This document shows positions 38,818-51,800 of a DNA stretch of 64,000 nucleotides, piece by piece; within the stretch, counting starts at the first letter, position 1; every line of letters begins with the position of its first letter. Both the position numbers and the translations under genes were made by a program. The DNA is from Tubiluchus corallicola. Taxonomy: Eukaryota; Animalia; Priapulida. The notes below the pieces were generated by a model. That model was not told where the DNA came from. It searched no databases and saw only the letters and a program-made list of their open reading frames with translations. The DNA lies in NCBI GenBank assembly GCA_030141605.1, contig JAQGDQ010000013.1, positions 696,447 through 760,446 on the forward strand, in the 5' to 3' direction.

Positions 38818-40068
38818 TTAACAAGGAAAACATTCATATGGTGCAAAACTTTTTCCATCTTATTCTTGCACGCATGTTTTTTTGTAAGTTGCTTAACCAG
38901 GAAAATGTATTTAACGTTTCATGCTATAGTACTACGAAACGGATAGTAAACATCACATGAACATCCTGGCAGACTTGACAGGGCACTAGAGAGAGGCAGC
39001 ATCGAGTCTCCTACGAAGAGACGAGAGCATGATTCATGAATGAGCCGGGCACGTGACTCTGGTCCAGAAATAACGTCCTTTGTGTATAAAGCTACAAGCG
39101 TGAGTCATATCAGAGGTTTATCGGCCACGCAAGAAGTCTTTGTTTGTTGGGATGAGCATGATTGGTTTGCCTTAGAAGTAATGATTTCCTGGGTCTGCCG
39201 TTAGATAATCTTGATATAACTGAGATACGTCTACTTTGTAGGGTAATGGGGTGATAGAGGCTGCTAAACTGCTTCCAGCGACTGCTCTCTTGAGCTCCGA
39301 AAATAAATAGAGCTCTTACAATAGCTATAAATTTTCCACAAATCATAACCGTGTCGTAATTTAATTAATGTAATTGCTTTCTTGGGATGAAGTATGTAGA
39401 CTTAATTTACTGCTGCCGGTATGACACACTCCCTACCAATCTCAAAATGGCATCTTCACGTGCCGCAGGGTGGCAGAAGAATCGTTTTAAGAATGCGATT
39501 TAAAACTACATTCAGTTTCTATTTATAATGTTTTGTTTTTCACAGTTTTTCTATTCACAAGTAACATAGCTAATTAACTCATTAAGTCACTAATTAAGCT
39601 CATTTACTACAAGAAGGCGCTGCCGAAGGTCTATGGTCTAATTTACGTAAATATAGGCGCATATATGTCAGACATTTATTTATCTGAAGGTTTGTAGCTA
39701 TAGTCGGGTCTATTTTTCCGGTTTTTTATGGAATTAAATGTTTCTTTTACTCTCAGAAGCCAGCACCCAAACTCCCCACATATATTTTCAAACCAAATTA
39801 AGAGAGTCGACCTTTTCGTTTGTTACTTTTTCGTAAAAAACTGCAAACTATTCTGTAATCCTGTCTGTTCCATCGTTGCTGTTCATGTTTTGTGCCAAAC
39901 GTTCCTTTCCACCTATTAGAATTAGAACTTCGCTTATTTTTCACCTGTTCGTACAAAATATTAGTACAATGCTATGTATGGGGGGGGGGCGTGCAAATGA
40001 ATGTAAGTTATCGTAATATGTACTACAGCGTTAACTATTATTATTAAAATGGATAGATTTGCAATAAA

Positions 40069-40104
<36 letters not shown>

Positions 40105-40186
40105 GGCTAGTATTTTGCATACAGTAAACACGTTGCAAGATTTCTTAGTTTACGAAAATTTACGTACTTTAGTTATACCAAGCGGC

Positions 40187-40509
40187 TTTTTATGTTGTCT
40201 CTTCAGCTTCTCTATATTAGGCATCAAGGAGCTGACTTTATTCTTACTTACCAGTTGTTCCATGGCCTTGTTGATTATGACTACAGACGTTTTTTATGTT
40301 GTCTCTTCAGCCTCTCTATATTAGGCATGAAGGAGGTGACTTTATTCTTACTTACCAGTTGCTCCATGGCCTTGTTGATTATGACTACAGACGTCTTTTT
40401 ATGTTGTCTCTTCAGCCTCTCTACATTAGACGTCAACGACCTGACTTGATTCTTACCAGTTGTTCTTGGCCTTGTTGATTATGACTACAGACGTCTTTCT
40501 ATGTTGTCT
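40187..40509. repeat. ~104-bp tandem repeat, ~3 copies; (AT)n at 40071-40102 just upstream
   Basis: TTTTATGTTGTCTCTTCAGC...GGCCTTGTTGATTATGACTACAGACGT repeated. Confidence 0.9.
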
Positions 40510-40890
40510 AGTGATCCAAGGCTTGGTGGACATAAGTTCGACTCAATGTGCATTTGTACAGTTTTGCATGTGGAGTAATAAATGTAAGGAACTTTTTGCC
40601 ATTTGAAGTCGTAAATGCCCCTAACTTAACTGCTTTTCAAACTCGCCTGCTCAGCCAGCTGTACCAAAACTCGTAACGTTTTTTGTAATTTTGTACTTTC
40701 TGTTAATTATTATTGTCATAGTTCTGTAAAGTTTAGTACTGATGCTTACACTTACATTGTTATACTATATGAAATGCTGCACTGTGTTTACCCCTTTGTA
40801 CGAGAACTACTTTGGGTAATTTAAATTATTGTATTTTATTGTAATTTTTGGTTACCAGTCGAGCTACAATTATCCATAAATAAATAAAAA
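40510..40890 (+). mobile_element. Decayed CR1-like LINE 3' end
   Basis: GH, VIN..NFLP.EVVNAPNL.AF..RL-like remnant followed by a (TAAA)n tail. Confidence 0.5.
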
Positions 40891-43852
40891 TTACTGAAAT
40901 GACTTAAAATAAAAGCCTATTTGTTAATATCACGTACAACATCGGGGTGTACATCTTGTCATGCATTAAAAACACTATATTCATTACTCAGTTTTTTGTG
41001 ACGGGACTGGAGTCCTTTACTCCATACAAATAGCAGGCATTAATATTTGGACATGTGCCAGCAGAGTTGGACGTGTGCCAACACACGATTTGAACAGACT
41101 GTTATCAGTGTTCACAGAAACCGTAACATGCGGATAATTTGCCTAAACTGACCCAGCTTCTGTTAATAGTCCAGGCAGCTTGTACCCTGGGGTGCTTTAA
41201 AACTTAATGCAGGACACGCTGTACCACTAATTAAGTCTGTGAAAGATAAAGATGGGTTTACATATTCTGCACGCGTACGTATCGTTTGTGAGAGATTTAG
41301 CGATTAGCGTTAACGAGCGTGAGAAATTAGGTACAGTAACGCAAAACGTGTTTAGCAAGTGCAAACTAAACATGTATTGTCGTACGAGAATGCAACTTAT
41401 GCGTGCATGAGAGTTTATTAGGTACTTAAAATAGTAGTAGATTTTTGCAATGCATGTACCTATTTGCAGTATGGTGCATAAGTGTAAAAACATTGCAATA
41501 CCAGAAGAGGAAGCTGTCTGTTTGTGTATTAATCTAACAGGATTAGTTTTCATTTCCTAGCCCCACCCGAGAAGAGAAACACTCACAGAAAATCAAATTA
41601 CCAAGTAAGCATTCCCCACACTTGATAACTAGCAGTAGACCGCTTAGTATCACTGCATCAAGAAAGTCAACGTTTTTATGAGTAGCATGCATAGTTACGT
41701 ATCCTCTGAAATGTTTTACTCAAAAGAGCATGACAAAAACCAGTTACAGGCTGTTGTCGTCTATCCCCATGTTCCAAGTTGGCAGATTAATGCAGCAAAT
41801 CTCTGAACATTCGAAAGTATCTCTGCTTAAGACTACACAACAACAACGTTATTGTAGGCAGACTGTATAGTCATCACGCTCTGAGCTTACTCATTCTTCT
41901 AACCTAGCATTATTAGTTGTGTTTCCGCGTTTGTGACCAACCTAGTAAAACTTATGACAATAGATATTTACGTTTCTCTTACTAGCGAGGTCGTTAGCCT
42001 CAGCCTAACCCATTTTCGATCCCTCGAAACAAAAGTTACAGCGCTGCAGTATAATGCTGCTAGAACTAGTCACAGTCTGTTGGCGTTTATTCATATATTA
42101 TGGAATCAGGTCATTCTATGTGAAACACTTTCATAGATTGTGATTTAAATGTAAGCAAGTTCTAGCTATTGACAAAATAAACTACAGTAGTAACCTGGTT
42201 GTGCTTCTTATAGTTACACAATTACAATAACCCCCTCCTGAAATCTATAGGTGTTATTACACATACAAGACTTATGACTATATGAGCAAACTACAATAGC
42301 TGCCTTTTTATAATGTGCAAACACTAACAGGCTTTAACATGTACAGTCCGGGCGGTTAACTTTGTGGATAGAACCAGTTTTGTGATTTGGATTTATTTGC
42401 TTTCAGGGCAGAGAACCGACCGACAGAACTGGTTCCTCATCATTCTTGGTTAGTAAAAGTCAACGGGAGGGCTGCTGGGAGCATGACCTGATCGTGACCG
42501 CTCCAATCTCACAATCTAAAGGCGGGTGGATGATGATTCAACGCATTTTCAGCTGTAAAGTCACTTTTAGTCAATGTTTCTTTAAACTTTATTTTAGACA
42601 TGCTTCATTTTTGCAAGGCGTTCCGACCAACAGGTGAAATTACAAAATTGAAATTGGCTAGTCGTGACGCATACTCTTGGTGTATAGGCGTCTTATTTTA
42701 AAGGAAAGGAAAGTCACTTAGCACGCTGGGTTTATCTTACTGTTATCACTTAAACTTAGAAAAATATAACAAAGAAGTTTGCAAGAAATTGTCTATGTAG
42801 CAAAAAGTTAATTTATACTACCGTTGTACAGAACTTTTGAAGCGCGGTTGGTTGCCGCGATACGCTTGAGGATTATGACGTAACTGTTGGACTTCGTGAC
42901 TTTTCGTAAGCGGGTCGTGGCTTTCCGGAAATGCGCATTGCTTAAACTAATTCAAACTTATGCAGCTTATCCAATGTTCATGCGAAAAATATCACGAAAT
43001 TGCCTATCTATTTTTTTTAACTTATACTTTTGACGGAAATTGACCCTGCGCTGCTTTTGTTCGCTCATTGGTGGAACAATGGACATTCTTAATGGGACAA
43101 TTTTATTAATTACATGGCACTTGTCACACGTTTATTACTAAATCCTTATAACATTTTTCGCCAGCATTAAAATTACCCTAACGTCAAAGGCTTGCCATTT
43201 GCATTAGTGTTTCGGAACAGCCAACTTAGAAAAATATAGTTTTCTAATGTTCGCAAAATAAATTATAAGTTTTGAGATTTCAGCTATTTTAGTTAAATGT
43301 TTCATTCCACCATTTAATAACGAAAATTCAGGTTATTTATTCTCAATGGAGATTTATTGAGATTAATAATGATTACTTCTTTTATAATTGCTGTAAATGT
43401 TATCGATTTTGTTAAGGAAAATTTAATATCTATATAAAAACGTAAAAGAAAACATAGGTAAGTCCTGTTTGTTGTTACATATTTTCAAAGTGTAATTTTC
43501 AACACAATGTCTACTCCTGTTATATTGTTGTTCTTTTTTATAATTGTTGGGTTATTGGCATGTCTAAATATGTACATAAATTCTCTTTGAACTATTTTAT
43601 CTCGCTGCTTATCTATTAATCATGTAAATAAGGTCCTTTGTGGGGATTTCACCGCCTGTGATCTGGGACATGTTGCTCGACATAGTCACCAACACGAAAC
43701 GTCTTATTCTTAAGCACGCTAGCCAAGGTGAAAGGGTTAAAAGTTAACATTTTAACCACGCTGATAACTGGCACGAAGTTTTCAATCCGTCTATTCACTA
43801 CAATGCCTACAGGTCTGTTCAGACACTGCATTAATTCCTCGTAAAAAACCGC

Positions 43853-44826
43853 GTTATTTATTGCCTACAAATGTATTTCTCAAGCACTAGAAAGTGAAAA
43901 AAGCTTCACAGCATTACTGTAGTATGCTGTAAGCTTACAGTTGTTACTGTAGTATGCTGAGCATTATTTATTGCATACGAATTTATTTCTCAAAAACCAG
44001 AAAGTGAAAAAGCTTGATAGCATTACTGTAGTATGCTGTAAGCTTACTGTAGTATGCTGAAAGCTTACTGTAGTATGCTAAACGCTTACTATGGTTACTG
44101 CAGTATGCTGTAAGGTTAGTGTGGTTACTGTAGTTTGCTGTAACCTTACTGTAGTATGCTGAAAGCTTAGTGTGCTTACTTTAGTATGCTGTAAGGTTAC
44201 TGTGGTTACTTTAGTATGCTGTAAGCTTAGTGTGGTTACTGTAGTATGCTGTATGGTTACTGTAGTATCTATACTGTGCTGTAAGCTTACTATAGTTACT
44301 GTAGTATGCTGAAACCTTACTGTAGTATGCTGAACGTTTACCGTGGTTACTGTAGTATGCTGTAGGCTTACTATAGTTACTGTAGTATGCTGTAAGCTTA
44401 CTATAGTTACTGTAGTATGCTGTAAGCTTACTGTAGTTACTGTAGTATGCTGAAAGCTTACTGTAGTATGCTAAACGCTTACTATGGTTACTGCTGTATG
44501 CTGTAAGCTTAGTGTGGTTACTGTAGTATGCTGTAAGCTTGTTGTGGTATGCTGAAAGCTTACTGTGGTTACTGTAGTATGCTGTAAGCTTACTGTAGTA
44601 TGCTGAAAGCTTACTGTGGTTGCTGTGGTATGCTGCAAACTTACTATAGTTACTGTAGTATGCTGAAAGCTTAGTGTGGTTACTGTAGTATGCTGTAAGC
44701 TTACTATATAGTTACTGTAGTATGCTGAAAGCTTAGTGTGGTTACTGTAGTATGCTGAAAGCTTAGTGTGGTTACTGTAGTATGCTGAAAGCTTACTGTG
44801 GTTACTTTAGTATGTTGTAAGCTTCT
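43853..44826. repeat. ~1-kb composite satellite of 21/30-bp units
   Basis: Modules TACTGTAGT/TACTGTGGT plus ATGCTGTAAGCT repeated about 30 times, preceded by a ~110-bp duplicated leader. Confidence 0.95.
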
Positions 44827-46479
44827 ACTGCCGTTCCCGAATAGCGGTCTCTAAGGGTTTATTCCCTAATCTGCAATGCAGGTGCGACGTTAACTAATAA
44901 TACAACAGTAATATTTGGCGTTTTGCCAAACGTTATACGTGCTTCACAATGAAAGCACCTATATTTTTATTCATTGCACCAAGCATATAGAGCAATAGTA
45001 CTAGAATAGCATACAATATCAGAACTGTTTGGCATTTTGCCAAATTATGCAGGTGTATTAGTAACACAATGACAGTTGCCAACAAAAAGCACAGGTAACA
45101 AGCGACTTTGCTGTGAAAAGTCAGGCGTGGGAATATTCGGCTGTAATCTTTTATTTAATTTGCGCTCGGCAAATTTAGTAAACAGATTGTAAACATCTAT
45201 TTTATTAAAATGTACGAAATTGTTGAAGATCTGTTTCTCGAAACGATGCCAGCTGTTCAGTGGTGGTGAGCATGGAGAAAACTGAACCGACCATCTAGGA
45301 CTTTAACCAGGCGACTTGTGCTGTAGGACTTTAACCAGGCGACTTGTACTTGCAAAGCCAGTGCTATCACAGCTTCCAAGTGAGTTACCGTGGATTCTTG
45401 GAAGTTCGAAGAAATTATTCTTCAATGAATCCTCGATGGTTTAGTTGGCATGTGGGTTGAAGACTTGAGGAGTTATAGTTCTCTATAATGTAATGCTTAT
45501 TTATATATCGCACTACGTCATTTAAAATCTCAGTAAGCTGACAATAAAATACATTTAAAATTCATAAGAAACAAAATTTAAAATACATTAAAAGTAATTC
45601 ATTATAAAAAGTACAATGTTGTTTAAAACAATCTAATAAGTAAGTAATTCCAGAGATGTGGAGCACAAACAGATCAAGCTTTTTCACCATAGAATTCTGT
45701 ATTATGGATTGGCTGATGTAAATTAATTTGTTCATTAGCATTAGAACGAAGTGTTCGGGACATGTTACGGCGTATTGAAATATCACTAAGATATGCAGTT
45801 GCCATTTGCCAAACCATGTAGTATTTTGTAGGTGATACAAAGAATTTTAAATTGAATTCAGAACTTTAGCGTTAACAAATGGGAGCGTTAACTCAATTAC
45901 AATGGGAGCAATATGATCATATTTTCTAGTTTTCGTAATAAACGGACTGGGTATCACTCACCTCAAGACTCATTAATTAAGAAACTGGCGTCGTACTGTC
46001 TTTCGGGACACCTACACGTAACTTGATTTGCAATTTAAGTGGGTCCATTTTGCCTCTTCGTAATTAAGTTCTTTCCAAACCAAGCAGCAAAATGTTTACT
46101 ATGATTGTAGTATAAGTACAGTACCTATTTGCAACCGCATTATTGCCCTGTTTTCATTTTTTTAAAGTCATAGATAATGGAACAGCTGTTTCTATACAGT
46201 TAACTTGTAACTAGTACACGCTACATTCCTCCACTCTAGAGCTACATTCCAGTTCCAAAGTCCATCGTATTATTTGCGTGTTATAGTGGCTGGCGTAGTA
46301 AATAAGAGAAGCATACTAAAAGGGGGTCCCACGGTGCAGCCGAGCGGAGCGGTCAGCTCTACGCCCTACTTCTCATTCCGGCCGGGGATGTCCCGTCTTG
46401 TTCTTGAACCTCCATTCATACGTCTATAATGCAGCATATATCGAACTCATAGTAAATTTTTTCCGAACGAACGTCTCTG

Positions 46480-46625
46480 GTCTGCGTACAGCATTGAATT
46501 GATGACCCACTTACCTAATTTCAGCCGCTGTTTGCATTGCGATGCTTAGAGAAGCGTTGAGCCAAGCAGCCGAAGCAGCAATATGATGAAGAATGAGTGT
46601 GTAGCCGTGGTGATAGAGTTAAAAG
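46480..46625 (-). mobile_element. Possible decayed tyrosine-recombinase (DIRS/Ngaro-type) remnant
   Basis: Frameshifted minus-strand translation HSF..IAASAAW....EIR*VG...NAVRR resembles the YR C-terminal HSFRIGAAT..A...I..LGRW.S.A...Y pattern. Confidence 0.3.
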
Positions 46626-47749
46626 CACCAATTCCTAGAATTTAATACCCTAATCAGAAAAATCATAGGAAAAAGACATAGCCCTAAACCCCAACCATGT
46701 GACCATTATGACGTTTTCCCGTGACTTTATTACCCGGGCACTACCAGAGGTCGCCAAGTTGTCAATGGATGAGGAATTTGTGATACTAAGAGAACGCTAC
46801 TACATCCAAATTGCTTATTGAAAAAACATCAATTTTTAGCAAATGTTCAATCAAAATGTATTAGATTTCCCAGTTAACTAATAACTTGAATTCTCATCTA
46901 CAGAATGAAACAGAAATTAAGTGTTAAGAATTCTTTTAAAACCATTGCGATTTTTTGAAATTTTTGAATCAGAAAGAAAATATGTTATTATGATTAAGTA
47001 ACAGACTGCAATACATTTAGTATCTAGTTTACACAACTAAAACATGCAAATACCATCGTGTTTTAATTATCAGAACAAATCACTGGTGAACTTTACACAA
47101 TCAACTTGATATGAAACAAATTTACATGTAACTACGCGACTGATAAATAAACACAATAAAAACTTGAATAACTTGTTCACCAATAAGAGGCAAAAAAATT
47201 GAATAATTTTCTATTTGATATTTTGAAATTACTATGTTTATAAGTCTATCACAGACGTGCAATATTTTTACAGGAGAAATGAGTCAGTTTCTTCATAAAC
47301 AGTCTTTCTATAAACTGCAATGCCAGCATTTTGGTTTTGCTGTATCCACAGCACCGCCAAGGTTACTGAATTGAATTTCAAGTAGGTTTAGCTCTAGGTT
47401 TCTACTGTCCTCAATCTGCATTCAAGGTTAATCGTGCAAACGCTTCTCCGTATCTGCAGTTTTCATGAAAGAGGTTCTCTGAAAGCGTAAACTTGGCGCA
47501 AATTGAACCAACAAGTTCATGGACAGCACCACAGCTGCCTCTTAGAGGACATTACCCTTATTGGAGCTATCAAGGATTGTTTTGCAAGCAGTAAACCAAC
47601 CATAGCTGTGTCTTCTCAGTTTTAGCAAGCTGCCAAGTACAACTGCTAGTGCTAGGCTTGAGTAATATAAAAAAAAACAAAGTGCAACTGTAGTAAAGCC
47701 AACGCATTGTTATATGAGGTTGAGACAAACTGAATAGTCGAGCTGTTAA

Positions 47750-48337
47750 AGCAAAACCATATCCAATCTTAAACTGTAGGTCAAAGCAATTTACTCTATT
47801 TTTTTTCAAAAATGACTTATGTGAAAGAATTATTACCACACAAACAATTTCACGTTCAAGCCACTGGTTCTTCGCTCTTGCATTTTTCAATTCGCTTGTT
47901 AGATGGACACTATCGCCTGCATTTCGGAAATGCATTGTACCAAAAAACAGGTGCTGTACTTCTCAGTTCAGATGTGTTAGTTTTTGACGCACACGTTTGA
48001 CAGTTTATGCGTGAGCACAGCGGTAAATTTAAAATTTTAATTTTTATCTTAAAAAACTTGCCTAGTTTTAGTACAACACTCAGAATATCTTACAGTAGTG
48101 CTGTACTTCAATTTTCACTTTCGCAAACACGTGCAACACGCTCATGGAATGTTTTTGCTGTTGAAAATTGTGTTAGTTTTCTGATGTCATCAATAGTTGG
48201 GTTTGCCCGCTGTTAATTACGTTTTTAATCTATTATTTAATTATCAGAAGTCCTTTTGTAGTATTAATTGTGTTAAGATGAATACCATTTATCAGACTTG
48301 AAAATGGGGTAGTATATGAAAATCATCCTGTCTTTCC
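47750..48337 (+). mobile_element. Kolobok-like MITE family A, copy 5
   Basis: TTAA|AGCAAAACCATATCC...AATCATCCTGTCTTTCC|TTAA. Confidence 0.85.
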
Positions 48338-48814
48338 TTAACAACCGAAGTTGGACAATGCTAAGCTTCCTCAGTGAAAAGATGGATACCATACTTTAAT
48401 GCTGAACCACTTGTAATGCTTGTCAAATGTTTTTCAAGTAAAACCGTAAGTCGAATATGTGAAGGAAAATACTACTATCCCGACTATTTACAAAAAATGT
48501 TTATTTCTAGTGAGTTACTTGAATACATTCCTGTATAAAATATTGTGACTTGAATATATAGTACTTATCGGAACATAATAGATGATGACTAGACACTGGC
48601 TAATAGGAAGTATGTAATGTGATTTCCAATAACTAATAACCAGAATAATAAACCATGACAGCTGATCAATAACCATGGATCATCGTACTTACTTACTGAA
48701 ACTTTAAAATCTGTATTTATAATTGTCCTACACATTTGTGAAACACATTCAACAATAACTAGATGTGAAAACCATGCACTTTTCAGTGTACTCGCACATA
48801 GCTGTAACAAAATG

Positions 48815-51800
48815 TTATCGTGGTGGTCCATATCTTGGTGGCAGAGGTGTCACAGACTTCTCAATAGAAAAGAGAGATCCAAAATAGATATGCTGAACAA
48901 CTGGAAACTTCCCCAACACCTAAAACAATCATAACATTATTCCGTTAAAAAGGCATCAATCACTCTGACTGTCCGTCAGGCTATTAAACTCTAAGCATTG
49001 CAAACAAATGGAGAATAATTAATGATTTTCATGCAGCCTAGCATGCTGTAAGCCAGCTCTAGCAAGACCTACTTGTGGCAGGGCCATAGCCTTCTTATCC
49101 TTAATAATCCTGTGAGTTTAAAATGAGATACTAAACTAGGAAAGCTGTTCCAGCTACATTCAAACATGTATACCACTACACATCATCTCTTGGCATCTCT
49201 AGATAGGGATAGTATGACAGCTGACCTGCTAGAAGCAATTTTTCAAGCACACTAAAAGCAAGCCATTCCACTTACTGAGCAGGCTTGCCATTGTTTAACT
49301 TTGGTTGCTAAGTATACACCTTGACCAGCCGGCTATTCTTGTTGCTCCAGCGTGTTACTAACTATAATTAGCACAGCGTGTAATGAAAGGTGACTTCTTT
49401 CCTTGAGGTACATTGGCTTGTTGCAAACGTTTTGGCAGTTAAAGTCAAACTAAACTCTCACTATAATATAAACTTTTGCAACTTAAAATCCTACCCTCAT
49501 TACGCATATTCAATTTATTTTATTATAACTTACTGTAAAATTGTTTCTTTTGATTTTTTATCACTTCGTTGTTCGGTATTAAATTTGGAGAACCTCCACT
49601 TTTCGTCGTATGAGAGGAATGCCATTATGAGTACAGTTAGGAGGTCACCAAAGATCGAGAAACAAACATCCGTAACCAAAGATGCTTTTTGTATCTCATA
49701 CGTCATTCTCGCTCACTCTTGCAAAAGACGTGAAACACGGCGATCTTTATGGCAAAGCAAGCATTCGAGATTCGCCAGAAAAAGGTAAGTTGTTTAATTT
49801 TTGAGTTTCTGTTGTTTAAACTGTAACTAGGAATTCTTCGTGTAATCATAATAATGCGTTAAAAAACTTCCATGTCTGATGGGGTTATATAGGCCTTTAA
49901 GCAACTGCATGAATAATTACCTAACATAAAACTGCCTTGATAAGTAGGTGGAAAGTCATAACAATATGAAGATACAATGATTGTAGTTAGACTGCCAAAT
50001 TCTAGTTTATTTAACAACATGGCTACTACATCTCAAAAAAAGTTCACAAATTAATTAAATGAAATAGTAGAAATTGGTAGATATAACTGGTGCCTGATGA
50101 TACGTGTATAACGCATATACACACACACGCACGCACGCACGCACGCACACACACACATATCATGTGTGTAGTATAACATATTTACTGCACTCGTATCTCG
50201 GTTTCTCGCTGTTACAGATATCAGAAGAAATGGAACAAAATCTGGACCGTTAAAAAGTCCCGCATAATACAGACACAGTCTGTTGTTTTGCAAGCTGACC
50301 ACTAGTTGACAGGCTGTCATTTTGATCAACCTTGCTTAGAAACAAACTGTAGTTAATGTGATTCTTTCTACATATTTTATAGTACACAAAAGCGAAGTTA
50401 GCAGACATGACGACATAAAAATAGTAAAAGTTGGTCTCACAAAAGTATTTTATTTAAGCACGTTGCGCCAAAAATATAGAGTAAATTAAGCGAAGTTATC
50501 TGAGTCAACTGCCGACAGTTTTTATACACTTCTGCATAGGAACGGCCTGTAGTAGACGATTTTGAGACAATTAGGCGATTGATTCTACATTACCGTGAGC
50601 AATACGCGGCGTCTACTGTATTATCTTAGTATACGTACAATCGGCAAATTCGGACAGAAGTCTGGCAAAACGAGATATGAGTGTATTGTTTTTACATTAC
50701 TTAAGTTATCAATCAATAAGCAGCGAAAATAATTTGAAGATGTTTCCTGATCATATATATACTTAAAAACTAGGCAGACTGTGGTATTAAATGCCAATAT
50801 GTAGAAACAAATCTGCAAGCTTCTTTCAAATCTCCCACATGGCATTTAGTCATATTATAGCCACACTACATGGGATTACGATTAAGGTGAAAGAAGTTAA
50901 TAAACTCAGAAAAAACTAACAATTTAAACTCGTTATTAAAATAAGAAGATATCATTTTTTTAGTGTTTGCACCCGTAAGATGGTGCAAACGTCATGTTAT
51001 AGGTGTATCTAAAAAGACACACCTCTGGGCCTGGCAGAAGATGTTTGATCATGTGCCAGGTCTTTACCCAATCAGAAGCTGCAGCGATAATGCCATGCTT
51101 ATCATTACTTTCACCGGCCTAAACAAAAGTTTGAAGATATGCTCAGAGAATGTTTGATAGTGCTGTAAGTGCGTGAAGCGATATTGTATTACTATTACCA
51201 GCGCACATTATGAACGCATTTTATCTAAGCACGTTTAGCGAAGGTAATTGTAGTAAAACTGTATGGCGTATTTGTACAGCAAAGAGGCATGATGGTCAAG
51301 GGTCTGTGGCCTCAGTTATTTCGGTGTGTGCAGTACATGTTTAGCGCTGTTTCAGAATTCGAAGCAAATGTGGAACTTAATTAGCCGAGGCAAACCGAAA
51401 ACAACAGAAATGCCTAATTTGAAATGAATGGCTGAGTTCTGTTTAGTTCATTGTAGTAACTTATCCTCTACAAGTTTTCAGGGAATTGGATAATAAAACT
51501 TAAAAATAACCGAGTTATTTAAATTTGCTGGTTTAGACATGAAGTTGTTTTCATAGCAATTTGCTGCTTACATTTGTCAAGCATTAGCTCACCTCGGCTC
51601 TGTACATTTTTAAAAATCCCGAGTTGACTTTGTCCCAGTAGGGGACACCACTGATATTCCACAATTGATTAGAATGTTCAGCAAATACACCAGTCTTCAC
51701 CTGTAAAATTATAATCGTTACACAGTTCAGGAGCAGTAGAACTGAATAGTAACTAGATGGTTGTTGTGCTATAATGAAGGGGGACTATAATGAATTATGA

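Noticed and set aside
40103-40478. Three overlapping ORFs
   Set aside because: Products of the 104-bp tandem repeat.
47570-48216. ORFs inside family-A MITE copies (also 7695, 24227, 38633)
   Set aside because: Reading frames are not preserved between copies and show no transposase motifs.
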